A DNA stretch of 64,000 nt from contig CM060732.1 of NCBI GenBank assembly GCA_030704615.1, positions 45,632,001 through 45,696,000 on the forward strand, given 5' to 3'. The stretch is from Takakia lepidozioides. Its lineage: Eukaryota > Plantae > Bryophyta. The first letter of the stretch is position 1. Each line of letters starts with the position of its first letter. Position numbers and translations under genes: made by a program. Shown piece after piece: positions 24,654 to 37,779 of this stretch. The notes beneath the pieces were generated by a model that was given only the letters and a program-made list of their open reading frames with translations, was not told the DNA's origin and ran no database searches.

Positions 24654-27600
24654 ATGGCTGATTGTTATTTGTTCCCTGGAGAGGCTACTATTCCATTTGA
24701 TCACTTGAAAAGGGATGGCGAACGAGTTCGCTTCTGGTACACTGAGCATGAGCATGCTACAATGATCGCGTACTGCCACACCAGGTGTAGAGAGGCCAAG
24801 GTGGAGGGAGCAAAGGGCCGGCCTAAGTTCAAATGTCCTTATTGTGGGGCAGTAAAGGTAGATAAGAGCAGATTGAATCGGCATATTGTCGATGGAACGG
24901 CCGCATGTATGGCCAGACCGAAAGGAACAAAACCGTTTCCTGATGCGGAGCTCAAGCATGCCATGGCTGTTGAAAATGTGATGAATTCTGTTCCAGCTTC
25001 TTCTGTTGATGCATATCATGCATGGATTCTGCAAAATAGGGTGGCTTTGGGTGAGATTGCAGATCCTATTGAAGTGCCTGCTGTTGTACCTTCTTCGGCT
25101 ATTTCTGCTACAGAGGTTCCATCTTCTAGTGCTCCTGCTGTTTCTGTCCCTGGTCCTTCTATTCGGCAGGTTTCTAACGAGAGAGACAAGCGGCGATTGA
25201 GCCCGCCTCTACCTGTCCCTATTGCAAAGAAAATCAACATTGGAAACCGGGGAAACCGGAGCTCAAGGTTCATCTTGCGAAAGAGAACTCCAGGCTCAAT
25301 CCTTCTGCTACCGCATGGCCTTATTCCTCAGTTCCCATTTCCGAATGTCAATGAGAAGGGGTTTTGGCCGGCATTCCAAGAATTTGTTGCGCGAGGCGAG
25401 GGCGCAGTCCATGCGACAGCTGCAAAATCAAGTTGGGTTCTATCGACAGACAATCAAGTTGGATTCCCTGCCATTTCTCTGTTTTTCAAATTTTGGGCTG
25501 TTGTCTATCCATGTAACCCCTTGTGTTACCCCCCCTGTCTCTCCTGTGGCGTGTAACCCAGAGTGTAACCCACCTACAGAGGACCCCTTTTAAAAACCCC
25601 TATGGTGTGTAACCCACCTCTGTGTAACCCCGTGTAGCCCATCTTGTTTGTAACCCATTTTCATGTGTAACCCCTCGTGCTGTAACCTTTTTCTCTGGTG
25701 TAACCCTCACGCTGTATTGCGCAGGGAGCTCGATATCATCTTAGAAGCGATGATATGGACAGTGTTGTTGCTGCCCACAAGGCGTTTACTGCCCAGCCGG
25801 ATCATGGTCCGTTAATGATAGAGGAATTGAATCGGGTGAAGGAGTATTTAGAGAGCATTGGGCATCCTGACATGCCAAAGCAGAAAAAGAAAAAAGGTGG
25901 GAGACTTACACGAGTCCATCGAGAGAGCCAAGCCTCACATGATGATGACACGATGGACGAACTAGCTGTTGGCAATACCGACCTTGACGATGCCAGAACT
26001 TCAAATCCTCTTGTCATCACTATTACTGTAGATGGAATCAAAGGTTTGGTTGTTCCACATCCGTTGGAATTCACTCGTGGTTTTGCCGAAGGATTGATCA
26101 GTCAAATGGAGAATCTCACCAAACCGCACATTGGACCGCCACCACTCCTTTTGAGAATTCTAGCCCACAACGATGTAAGAAATCATGGCAGGTCAGTTTC
26201 CCAAACGCATCCCAGGTTGGGGTTCACGACTGAACTTCTGGAAAGTGCTCTTACGGCCTCAAAGGTGAAGGACCTGGTCGATGAGTATTACGGCTTTAGT
26301 CTGATGTACTTTGCACAACCTGGTGACGGAATTGCGACCTTGGATTCTGAGCTCGAAGACTTAAGATCGAGTTTGAGTACAGAAGAGTGGGGTGACCGGT
26401 CAATTAAGATCAACGGAGCTATACAGTTTTGCAAGGCAAGCCGTCGTCGCGCCGCCCATCACTTTGCGATCCAACAGAGAGAATCGTTTATCCAGCTTTG
26501 GTGTTGTGGCCTCTTCAGCGAATCACCAACAGAAATGGACTTCAATGCGCGTTTGGGCATCCAGTATATGAGAGACCTTGGGTCTGTAGTGCCTTGGTAT
26601 CTCTGTAAGTGTTACTCCATCCACTGTCACCCCTCTCGTCGTGTAACCCCTTTGTGTGTAATCTTGTAATCATTGTAACCCTCGCTATGTGGAACCTTGT
26701 AACTCAGTGTAACCCTCGTTGTGTGTAACCCTGTAATCAGTGTAACCCTCGCTATGTGGAACCTTGTACTCAGTGTAACCCTCGCTGTGTGTAACCCTGT
26801 AATCAGTGTAACCCTCGGAGTATGTAACCCTGTAATCAGTGTACCCCTAATGGTACCCCTCGCTGTGTTACCCTAGATTTGTTACCCTCTCGTTGTGTAA
26901 TCTCAGTAGTGTAACCCATTGCAAACTACTGTCTCTAACAGGGTGGTGTAACCCACATCGTGTAATCCGAACCACTGTCTTGTCCTAGTCAGTGTAACCC
27001 TTGCACTTTCAAAAACCTCGTTCCACGACTAAAAACCTTTGTCTTTTCCCCGATGCAGATGAGTCCGAGCTCATGACCAATCAAGTCGCCAATGCGTTCA
27101 AAAACCTTTTTGAGGCTCAACGTGAGCTTCACGAAGTTGTGTATGGGGCCCCTCCACAATGCGATACAGGGGGCGTAGGGGGCGCGCAGACGAGCGATGG
27201 GCCAATTTCCGCCCCGCAGAGCGACGATGTACATGACGAGGACATCATTCCAAGTCAATCTGCCGTTGTATCTTTGTCGCAGGTTGGTGAATTGTACTCA
27301 ACCCAGCTGCACTTAGGGGTGAACCTAGCAGACTTGACGCGGGATTTGCCCATGAATTCTGATACTGATACTGAAGATGATACATCAAGGTGGAACACCC
27401 AAGTGCGAACCTCTTTGTCCGCAGCCCCAGTCATTTCTTTTGAAGGTCTTAATCGAAGAATCGGGGACCCGCTTGACCCAGAGTCTGTGTATGACTTTGA
27501 ATCTGGAGATGCTGGGTTGAACCCTCGATGCAGCAATGTAAGTATTTGTCAGGATCATGTGGTCAACCTCTCTCAGAATGACCCAGCCTTCGTGGGTCCC

Positions 27601-30039
27601 ATTGATGCGCAGGGTGACACTGCAAGGGGAGGATGCCCTGAAACCGAGGGTTACACTGCACCTGAGGGTGACACTGTGCAGAGAGGAGCAACAGGGAAGG
27701 AGGGTTACACTGCACCTCAGGGTGACACTGCGGATACCGGTGTGGCTGACAATGTCGTGAGGGACATTGTCGTGGGTGACACACCATTGCCCGTGAACAC
27801 TGCAACTTCCGTTGAGAGTGACATTGACATGGGTTACACTGATAGGGGTGACACCCCACAGCCAACCCACATGGTAGATGTCAGTGAGTGTAACACTGTC
27901 ATGGATGACATTCCACTACCACTAGTCGTGGAAGGTGACACTCCTTTGCCACGGCCACTAGTCGCGACGGATGACGGTCTTCCGCTAGTCAACATGGTCT
28001 TGGAGGGTGCGGAGAAGGGCGACACAATCAAGGATGGCATTGAGGAGGTTGATGCAAAGAAGAGTGACATCGACATGGGTGACACGGGGAAGGGTGTCAC
28101 CGAGGAGGTTGTCAGTTGGAAGGGTGACACAAAGCAGGGTCACACTGAGAAGCGTTTCACTGTGGAGAGTCACGAAGAGAAGGATGTTGCGGAGCATCTA
28201 GACACTGAGAAGAGTGACACTGCCAAGGGTGACACACATAAGATTGTTACTCAGCAGAGTGACACTGGGAAGGAACCCGATGAGAAGGGTGACACTGCGA
28301 AGAGTGACACTGATAATGCGGCCAAAGAGAAGGGTGACACTGAGAAGGTAGCCGGAGAGAAGGGCGACACTGAGATGCGTGACTCTGAGGAGGTAGCTGA
28401 AGAGAAGGGTGACACTGAGGAGGTAGCCGAAGAGAAGGGTGACATTGAGAAGGAAGCCGAAGAGAAGGGTGACACTGAGGAGGTAGCCGAAGAGAAGGGT
28501 GACACTAAGAAGCGTGACAAGGGGTTTGAACAGAAGGGTGACACTGACAGGGGTAGCACCGAGGAGGTGAGCTGTGACACTTCTGCCCTTGGTCAATCAC
28601 CTCCCCAGCACGTCTCAGACGAGGGAGTGCAGTCTTCAGCACTTGCAGCAAACTCAGAACAAGGCACCTCTGGCTCAGAAATTCCCCCTACCGGCGGCAT
28701 TGTCAGGGTTGCAGAGAATCCCAGGAGGTCAAAACGGCCGCCTGCTCAAAGAAAGCGGTTGGCTGAACCCCCTAGCGCTGACAAAGAAGTATCTGTTCTT
28801 GTCGCACCCAAAAAACAGCGAACCAAACCGAAAGGCAAAAGTGCAGGGGTCTCGGAGGTTGACGTTGTCCAGCAGCAAGAGGTCCTTGCCAAGCACTTGC
28901 GGGAGCGTTCGAGGTACCTCATTGTACTTTGATCCTCTCTGATTTTGAATATTGATTATAACTCTTGTATGATGCATCGTAATGTTCGTAATGTGCGGTT
29001 TGTTGTGCAGACTAAAACAACGGTACTTGACAAAGTTCAGAATGGTGTCGGACCCTCCTGGGGCGCCCGAAGTGAAGTTTTATTATGGCGATGCCTTCCT
29101 GGCTTCTAGTCCGTTACAGTTTTACTTGGAAGAGACAGATTTTGAGCCGATGTATAAAATAAGAGCAACTGTCACAGATGCATTGCTCTCGGGTTACAAC
29201 AAACTTCTGGAGGCCAAATTGTTTAAGGCTATCGCACCTGAGTTTGTCATCTGTGCTCCTTTTCAATGGCATGTCATGCGTACCAATGGTAACGATCTGC
29301 AGACGCTATTCGGGTTGGTGCAAGAATGGTACACTCAGGATGCCCGAGGGATGGTGTTCACAAAGAATCGAGATCTTGTGGACGTGGTTGTCATCCCTAT
29401 TGTCTTCGAGTAAGTAATTTCAGCGTTGACTGAGCATGTTGGGTTACACTCCTAGACTGAGTTGCACTAGTGACTGCTGACTAGTTGTGTAACACCGTTT
29501 AGAGTTACAGTACAAAGGGTTACACTACTGGGTTACACCACAGTCGGGTTACACCACAATGGGTTTCATTGGAGATGTTTTTTTCTATTCTGACGTAACG
29601 GCTTTGTTTGTGTTGCAGTGATCACTGGAGTGTTGCTGTTTTAGAGCGCCGAGGTCGGATAGTACATTTGGACTCCCATAAAACCATTGCCCGACCCAAA
29701 CTCATTGAAGGAATTTTGCGAAATTTTGCCATAGCGTTCTTTGATTTCATGCCTGGATCTGATGACTTCAGTTACGTCATGGAGAGGATGGAATGGTTTG
29801 AGGCCAGTGTCCCCCAGCAACGGAGCTGTTGGGAGTGCGGCTATTATGCACTTTGTTTTGTGCAATTTTACTTGGAGTGGAAGTTCAATGTGAAAACCAC
29901 AGAAGATCGAACCCGTCATAGGCGGGCGTTTACTGCAAGTTGGTTCAACGAGTCAACCATGATAGCTTCCCGTACTCATATGATTAGTTGGCTGTGTGAC
30001 GAGATGGACAAAGACTTGGTCAGATGGCCAAAGAAATAA
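24654..30039 (+). CDS. Transposon-borne 1452-aa protein: N-terminal zinc finger, acidic KGDTE repeats, C-terminal Ulp1/peptidase C48 (SUMO protease-like) domain
   Basis: Exons 24654-25457, 25725-26604, 27059-28913, 29011-29409, 29619-30039 splice in phase (4359 nt, no internal stop). CPYC-x12-H-x7-C finger; C48 motifs VVIPIVFDDHWSVAV (His), HLDS (Asp), PQQ (Gln), ECGYY (Cys). Confidence 0.85.
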
Positions 30040-31425
30040 ATAGCGTCTCTTGATGCATTTTTGCTTCTATGTGGTTTGTTCGTAACACTTCACAGTTTGG
30101 GTTTCATGCAATGGGCTTACATGGGGTTACACCTTATAAGGTTACATGAAGTGGAATCATAGACAAGTACTTGGGTACACCTTTGGGCCCTGGGGCAATG
30201 GGCTTACACTCTGTGGGTTCACACATAAGTGATGGGTTACACCATGCCGGGTCTCACAACGTGGGGTTACACTTATGGGTTACATACAATGGGCCTAGGG
30301 TTACATGGTTGGGCCTTCCTGGCTATGTCAGGGTCACGTTGCTGAAACAGTATACTTTCGTGGCATGTAACCCCACCTCGACTATGCGCATTTGTTTTAT
30401 TTTTTATTTTTTTCGCACTGAAGTGTTTGTGCACTGAAGTTCTCAGATTTATACTACATGGGGTTACATACATGAGGGCTATGTACAATGGGTTACATAC
30501 GATGGGGTCACAATAGTGTGGGGGTAACATCTGGTCGGGCTACATACTTCTTGGAGTTACAACACTCTGGGTTACACTCACTCAAGAGGGTTACACAGTT
30601 CTAAGTTACACTGTGCACAATGAAAGTGGGCAGGGTTGCCTATACAAGGGCTACGTGTCGTGGGGATACATAAGATGGGGTGATGTAGCATCAGGGTTTA
30701 TAGCGTGCACCCCAAATTGTACAATGGGTTACATGCGATGGGGTGACATCAATGGGGGTTACATCTGGTCGGGATACATACTTCTTGGGGTTACACAACA
30801 ACAAGTTACACTCCGGAGGGCTACACTGGTCCATAACATAGGTTGAACGGAATGATTATCTATCTCATGGATTACACGTCCATGGGTTACACACAAATTG
30901 GGTTACACATAGAGGGGTTACACATACAGGGGCTAGTGTTGGTGACTAAAGGTGCTCGACTTCAGCATCTTCCCACTCTGTATTGAAGGGTCATGTAACC
31001 CCGGCAGATTAACCCAGACCCTGTAGTCACATTGTAGTCATCGACTTATAATTCTCAGAGTTACACCACTGACAGCAATATTCTATGGGGTTACATACTG
31101 GGTTACACTGTTGATAGTTACATTGCAGTTACACTTGGAGTTACACCACAATGAGTTACACTGAAGAGGTTCACACTCATCTGTGTTACACTGTGTGGAG
31201 TACCACAGATGCAAGTTACACTAAGTAGAGCTATGTTACGTTATGAAACCCCAGACAGTGTAACCCTGCGGTGTGTCACCCCGGCCCATGGGTGTCCCAT
31301 TGAGTGGGTTACATAGGTTGAATGTGGATGGAATGGCAAAGTGAATAACAACCCATGAACAGACATGTACTTCATATTAAACTTGGTGATCACAAAATAA
31401 GTGTCATTGCCAATGGACTCAATGG

Positions 31426-34400
31426 TCACTTACTATGGAACCGGTCTACAAAATCTACTTTCCTGGCAAGGGACATGTTGTTTCCATCATCATTTTTTAT
31501 GAATGGAACTGCTTGAAGAGGGTGCAACGGACCTTTGTCGATTCTAACTTGTAAAGTGGACAGCCTCCCACGAACACAACGAAGCTCGGCAAGCAAATGT
31601 TTGCGCATTGTTTCACTCTCATTGCCAAGAAGCGACAGGGACTTCATCTCAGATTCAATTGATGAAACATCCGATGGCTCCTGCCGACCACGCTGGGATG
31701 ATGCTGAGCACTCCGTAGGCTCTGCTAGATTCACAACTTCCTCCTCTGCATCAATATCTGGAAGTTCCGATTTCATCAACATGTGAAGACCTCCATGAAT
31801 GGTCCCGAGCTTTGTGCCACAGAGCTTCACAATAAGCCCTTCCTTCAGATTTGGCTTCATCAATTGAAGAACGCGGATTTGATGTTTGCACAAGTTACCC
31901 TTCAAAGCCCATGGACAATCGCAACAAGCCCAGGTGGTCGCAGGTGCATAGATTGTGTAGCTTCGACCGGCCGTTTGAACACTATCCACAATCGCCGGAT
32001 GACCAGGAACAGTGGGCAAATGAACATTGACATCAGGGATCTCCCTTGCAGTCCAAACAACATTACTGATAAATTCCTCCTGTCGTACATTCCTTTTGAA
32101 GCCTTTCGATTTCAAGTTATCTCTATACCAATAGTGGGTTAGAACAGGACCCACGAGTTCGCTGATCAGCCAATCGATTCTCCTGCCATCAAGCCTTTGC
32201 TTTCCCGAGCGTAAACGAGCCTTCAAATTTCGTGCCAAGATTCAATTGCGGCATTAGTATCCTGACTTGCGTGGGGAATATAACGAGCCCCCGTGATCCA
32301 CATGCTCAGTTTTGGGACCCATTCCATTCTGATGTAACGTAGGAAGTCACGCGCAAGCGGATAGGAATAATTCAAATCTTCCAGTCGCTCCAGCGCCCAC
32401 TCTTCTGGGGTGACTCCCACACAGGCGTTAATGCCGTACATTACGTCGCCAAGCTGTTTCAAAACAGCATTGCGAGTGTATGGATCGGGCATCTTACGCC
32501 ACGAATGTTTCAGCCAAGCGCGGCGAACATGCCAAAGGCATAGAAATATTGCTACGTCCCCAAACGATTCCCTGCACGCACACACATCAAATGCCACCCA
32601 ATCCATCAGTGTAACTCTTGTCAGTGTAACTCTTATCAGAGGAACTCTTCGCAGTGTAACTCGTAGAAGTGTAACTCTTCAAAGTGTCACTCTTAGTAGT
32701 GTGACTCATGTAACCCCTCGTGCATCTGGTCATGTAACTATCAGTGAAACTCACAGCAGTGTAACCCAACACATATAACCCCTCGCAGCGCTGTAACGCA
32801 ATCCATGTTACACCGTGTAACTCTCAGAGCGACCCAACCCATACAACCCTCTGCGATGCTCCCAGTGTAACTCACATGCTATAGCAGTGCAACCTAATCC
32901 ATGCAGGACTGCGGATGACACGCCGTGTAACTCCCAATGTAACTCGCAGTGTAACCCTCTATCTACCTCATAGCAGTGTAACCCTCGGTCTAACTCACAA
33001 CAGTGTAACCCTCCGTCCAACTCAAGGCAGTATAACCATCTGTCTAACTGATAGTGTAACCCTCAGTGTAACAGACAGCACTGCAACCCAATCCATGTAA
33101 CCCCTCAAGCAACTGACAGTGTAACTCCAAGTGTTACAGGCAGCAATGCACCCCCTCGTGTAACTGGCAGTTTAACTCTTACTGTGATTCTCAGTGTAAC
33201 TAGCAGCAGTGTAGCCCGATCCATGAAACCCCTCGTGCATGCAACTTGTAGTGTGACTCAGAACATTGTAACTTCTAGCCGTGTACCTGATAGCATTGAT
33301 TTCTGCGTCTGCATCGTCGACAACAAAAGCATTTGGCCTCCAATCTGGTTTGCTCTGAAGAAGTCGGTCGCGAAGACGTTTCATCCAGGGGCTCAGGTCA
33401 GTCGTTTTGTTTCTCGCTGATATAATATAAGCAACAGGTATGCCGTTGAGCCATTCGTCGAACACCATCATGGTATACATTGGGAACTGCAATGTCGCAA
33501 TGGTACAAAAATGAATAAGGTGAGCGTTATAATATTGGCAACAGTTGCATGGCACTCACATTTCAGAATGCAATGAAAGGTAAAGCGTGACACGAATACC
33601 TTATTTTCGTTGGTCCCAAATGTTGCATCGCAGGATACCACACGGTTGTGTCCCAGGTCGATCATTTTCTGTTTTTGCCACTCCGTTTGTATTCCAATTA
33701 CGAACTTCAAATCACCCGCCACTGGCGCTGTCTCTTCATGGTAGAAGAAGACGCTTTCAGGATTGCTATCGACCCACATACGTACACTTTGTGCATCATC
33801 TGGATGTTTTTTGTAACTCTCAATCGCAAGCTTGTCGGCAATGTTTCTCACGTCGTACTCGAACAAGAAACAATCGCGACTCCACTCCATGCCTGGCTGA
33901 GACGCACAAGCTTCCTGAAGCTGTTGAGTGTGTTGTGTCATAATCATAGCTGGAGATAGGCCACTGCGAAGACTATCGACGATCCACTGTTTCATATCTT
34001 GGCTGAGACGAGGGGCATGCACGAATCGCGAGAAATGGGAAGAGGGGTCAGCTGAACCATGACATGGCTTTCCTTTTGCATCCACATGCTGTTTCTGGAA
34101 ATATGTGATGATTGCCAACTCTGAATCTAGAAAACACTGGCCAACTTTGAAGCTACACGTACACCCACGTTTGTATGACTCTCCGAAATCCGCTGCCTTA
34201 CGTCTGATTCGCTTGACTGCTGTTTGATTATCGGAGGCTGCTATCGGTTTTTCTTTCTTCTTCACAATCGGCAGGTCCGTGCGCCTATCTATCGGGCCGT
34301 AGCAGCAGTGGTACCTGCAAAAAAAGCATATAAAGCGAGGAGGGTTATCGCCATATACGACTTTGCTAGACTAGCAGAAAGAAGTGGGGCTGGGAATGTT

Positions 34401-34843
34401 ATACAACCCTCATAAGTGACTTACTTATGCCACTGACGATAACTGTTTGCACGCGGTGTTGTCAAATCTGGCAACTCACGGTACCTTCGATCTTGAACAT
34501 AAAATTGGGTCTTCCCATCCACTCTACTCCTTTCTCCCTCCAGAAAATCAGGAATGCGAGACCACGGAACGACAGCTACTTCGATGGATATCCGTTTCCC
34601 TTTTCCCTGGGAAACCTGGCGTATCCAACAGAGGTTTGTGTGATTGAAAAGCCCGTCTATGGGCAGCTGTAGGATGCATTTCAAATGAGATACCAAATGC
34701 TGCAAATGACAGAGTTCTCCTGCCTCATCTTTCAAACCATTTGATTCCAATGCTGCTTTGCGTTCCTCGTCTAGCACCTTCGCGGCAGCACATGCCATTA
34801 GCAGCAACAGTACCACCAGTACAGTACAAATCGCATAACACAC
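31426..34843 (-). pseudogene. MULE-family DDE transposase with SWIM zinc finger, carrying one frameshift
   Basis: Exons ~34843(start uncertain)-34425, 34314-33600, 33486-33287, 32571-31426, in phase except a 1-nt loss at ~32230. Motifs KRGCTCSF, CDATFGTN (D), FVVDD (D), LCLWHV, TNAAIESWH (E), SWIM CDCPWALKGNLCKH. Confidence 0.85.
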
Positions 34844-35029
34844 GCGGGCAACGCAGCGGAGCCCTCAAGACTGCACGTCGTCTACGCACCTGGTGAAAAT
34901 GACGAGCGATGATGGAGTTACACGTGGGTTTTGATGTCACCGAATCGTGTAACCCAGGTTTGAATTCAAAATATCTGACACCTCTTGGAGCCCGCCAATT
35001 TTTGCCGGGCACTAAGGGGCTACACGAAC

Positions 35030-36900
35030 AGGGGTGACATGCGTTGGGGATAAAGGATCCGGGGTGACACGAGCTATGAGTGACACAATCGGGGGTTACA
35101 CGGAGGGGATTGATACAGTATCGGGGTTACATGGTGGGGTTACAATGTGAGAGTTGCACAATGAGGGTTACACGAGGCGGAGCTAAAGCGCTGACGTGCA
35201 GAGGGTTACAGGGATGATGGGGTTACGAGGAACTGGAGTTACACGGAGAGGGGTATATGGGATAACATGATACAAGCTTACATTGGGGTTACACGATGCA
35301 GGATAACATGGAGTGAGGGTTACACCCCGCGGAGTAACAGAGGGTTACATGGATTACAAAGGGTTACAGAGGGTCATGGGGTTACATGGGTTACAGAGGA
35401 TGACATAGGGTTACATGGGAGGGTTACATGGAGTGAGGGTGACATAGGGTTACATGGGAGGGTAACATGGAGTGAGGGTGACATAGGGTTACATGGGAGG
35501 GTTACATGGAGTGAGGGTGACACTCAGCGGTGTTACAGAGGGATAAACGGGTTACGGAGGGTTACATGGTGGTGGGGGTTACAGAGAGTCACAGAGGGTC
35601 ACAGAGGGTTACATGGAGTGAGGTTACACAGGGGTGAGGGTGACACTCTACGGTGTTACTGAGGGTTACTGAGGGTTACATGGTGGTGAAGGTTACACCT
35701 GGTGAGGGTTATAGAGGGTCACAGAGGGTTACATGGAGTGAGGGTTACATGGGGTTACATGGGTTACACAGGGTCACAGAGGGTTACACGGGTTACGCAG
35801 GGTCACAGAGGATTACATGGGTTACAAGGAGTGAGGGATGCATAGGGATGGGGGTGACACTTTGCGGTGTTACAGAGGGTTACATGGTGGTAAGGGTTAC
35901 ACCTAGTGAGGGATATAGAGGGTCACAGAGGGTTACATGGGTTACAGAGAGTTACAGAGGGTCACAGAGGGTTACATGGAGTGATGATTACATAGGGGTG
36001 AGGGTGACATTCTGCGGTGTTACAGAGGGTTACATGGTGGTGAGGGTTACAAAGGGTCACAAAGGGTTACATGGGTTACAGAGGGTTACATGGAGTGAGG
36101 GTTACATAAGGGGTGAGGGTGACACTCTAGTGTTACAGAGGATTACATGGGTTACAGAGCCATGGAGGGTCACAAAGGGTTACATGGAGTGAGGGTTACA
36201 TGGGGATGAGGGTGACACTCTGCGGTGTCACAGAGGGTTTGTGTGGGTTACGGAGGGTTACATGGTGGCGAGGGTGACACTCTGCGGTGTTACAGAGGGT
36301 TACATGGTGGTAAGGGTTACACCTGGTGAGGGATATAGAGGGTCACAGAGGGTTACATGGGTTACAGATGGTCACAGAGGGTTACATGGAATGAGGGTTA
36401 CATAGGGGTGAGGGTGACATTCTGTGGTGTTACAGAGGGTTACATGGTGGTGAGGGTTACAAAGGGTCAAAGAGGGTTACATGGGTTACAGAGGGTTACA
36501 TGGAGTGAGGGTTACATACGGGTGAGGGTGACACTCTGCGGTGTTACAGAGGGTTACATGGTGGTGAGGGTTACAAAGGGTCACAGAGGGTTACATGGGT
36601 TACAAAGGGTTACATGTAGTGAGGGTTACATAGGGGTGGGGGTGACACTCTGCGGTGTTATAGAAGGTTACATGGGTTACAGAGGGTTACATGTAGTGAG
36701 GGTTACATAGGGGTGGGGGTGACACTCTACGGTGTTATAGAGGGTTACATGGGTTACAGAGGGTTACATGGTGGTGAGGGTTACAGAGGGTCATGGGGTT
36801 ATATGGGTTACAGAGGGTTACATGGTGGTGTGGGTTACACTCGGCGAAGTTACAGAGGGTTACATGGGGGTGATGGTTGAACCCGGGGCGGGGGTTACAG
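35030..36900 (+). repeat. Right arm: complex tandem array of GGGTTACA/GGGTGACA units
   Basis: Reverse complement of the left arm, including shared rare variants and the inner-border 12-mer (TACACGAGGCGG 35169-35180 versus CCGCCTCGTGTA 23338-23349). Confidence 0.95.
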
Positions 36901-37779
36901 GGAACTGGCGGACTGCTGGAAGCGGCGGACTGGTGTCGCAGAACGACGACGCAGGGGCGACGACGCCGATGGGATGAGGGCGGGGGTGGGGAGGGATTGA
37001 CCGAGCCCAGCCGGCTGCCTTTCCATGTCTGCCGGAGGCGAAGAACCGGCGGTACGGGTGTGAGGGCTGGACCGTCCTGACGCGCTTGCATTAAGTTCTT
37101 ACATTATTCCTATTATCTTCCATGAGAAATCCAAGGGAAACCATACTAACATATGAACCATTGCTCAGAGACAGTGCTAAGCTGCTAAGCCTTCAGAGAG
37201 TCATTTTTGCTTGCTGCAGCATAGACCTCACACAATCAGGGCCAACAAAGCACTCCCCACTATGAATGAGGTGCCCAGCTTGTGGGTCCCCAGGAAGCAC
37301 ACCCAACACCTTCCATCCCAATATAACCAAAATCTTCGACACTCCCAAAAGCCTCCAATCTCGCCGAGATTTGAGTCGGCCCCGACACACGTCGCAACCA
37401 GAACAAGCGTCTAGAAACTACCACGGAATCTACGAATACACCGCATCGGAAATGGGATACATCTTCCTCAACCTACGCCCTGACCGAAGATATAGAATGT
37501 TCCTGAAGATGATCCAACGAATCTTGGGAATGGGAGTGCAAGTGTGGACGAGGCATGGAAAGATGCTGACGCGTGAAAAGTTTAACCGTAGAATATGAAA
37601 GATGACGAGAGAAGAGGAGCAAAGACGCAGCACGTGGCATTCCTGGCCTCCGGGTAATTCTCAGCTACCTTACCATAAATGACCAGGGATCGCCCTCCGC
37701 ACCAGTTGGTACCTGACACCTGGTAAAGCTGTTTGATTCGGGTCAAAGGTAAGCGAAGCTTATCGGGAAACTTTCGTCG

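Larger units (their letters stand above)
21689..37080. mobile_element. Large foldback-type Mutator-like element (MULE) with SWIM transposase and Ulp1 accessory gene; left terminus missing, right end approximate
   Basis: Long inverted tandem-repeat arms enclose two convergent genes (ZnF-Ulp1 on +, MULE transposase on -). A GC-rich unique segment at 36900-37080 follows the right arm. No TSD is identifiable. Confidence 0.8.

Noticed and set aside
24654-34843. Zisupton/KDZ element, because SWIM and Ulp1 co-occur
   Set aside because: The catalytic core has the MULE layout (D..D..CxWH..E) and lacks recognisable KDZ/CxC motifs; Ulp1 is a separate gene.
21689-36900. Repeat arrays as a CRISPR array
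   Set aside because: No constant repeat with unique spacers, no cas genes, and an intron-containing eukaryotic context.
35030-36900. A true telomere or interstitial telomere
   Set aside because: The unit is not TTTAGGG/TTAGGG, is interspersed with complex higher-order units, and is mirrored around transposon genes.
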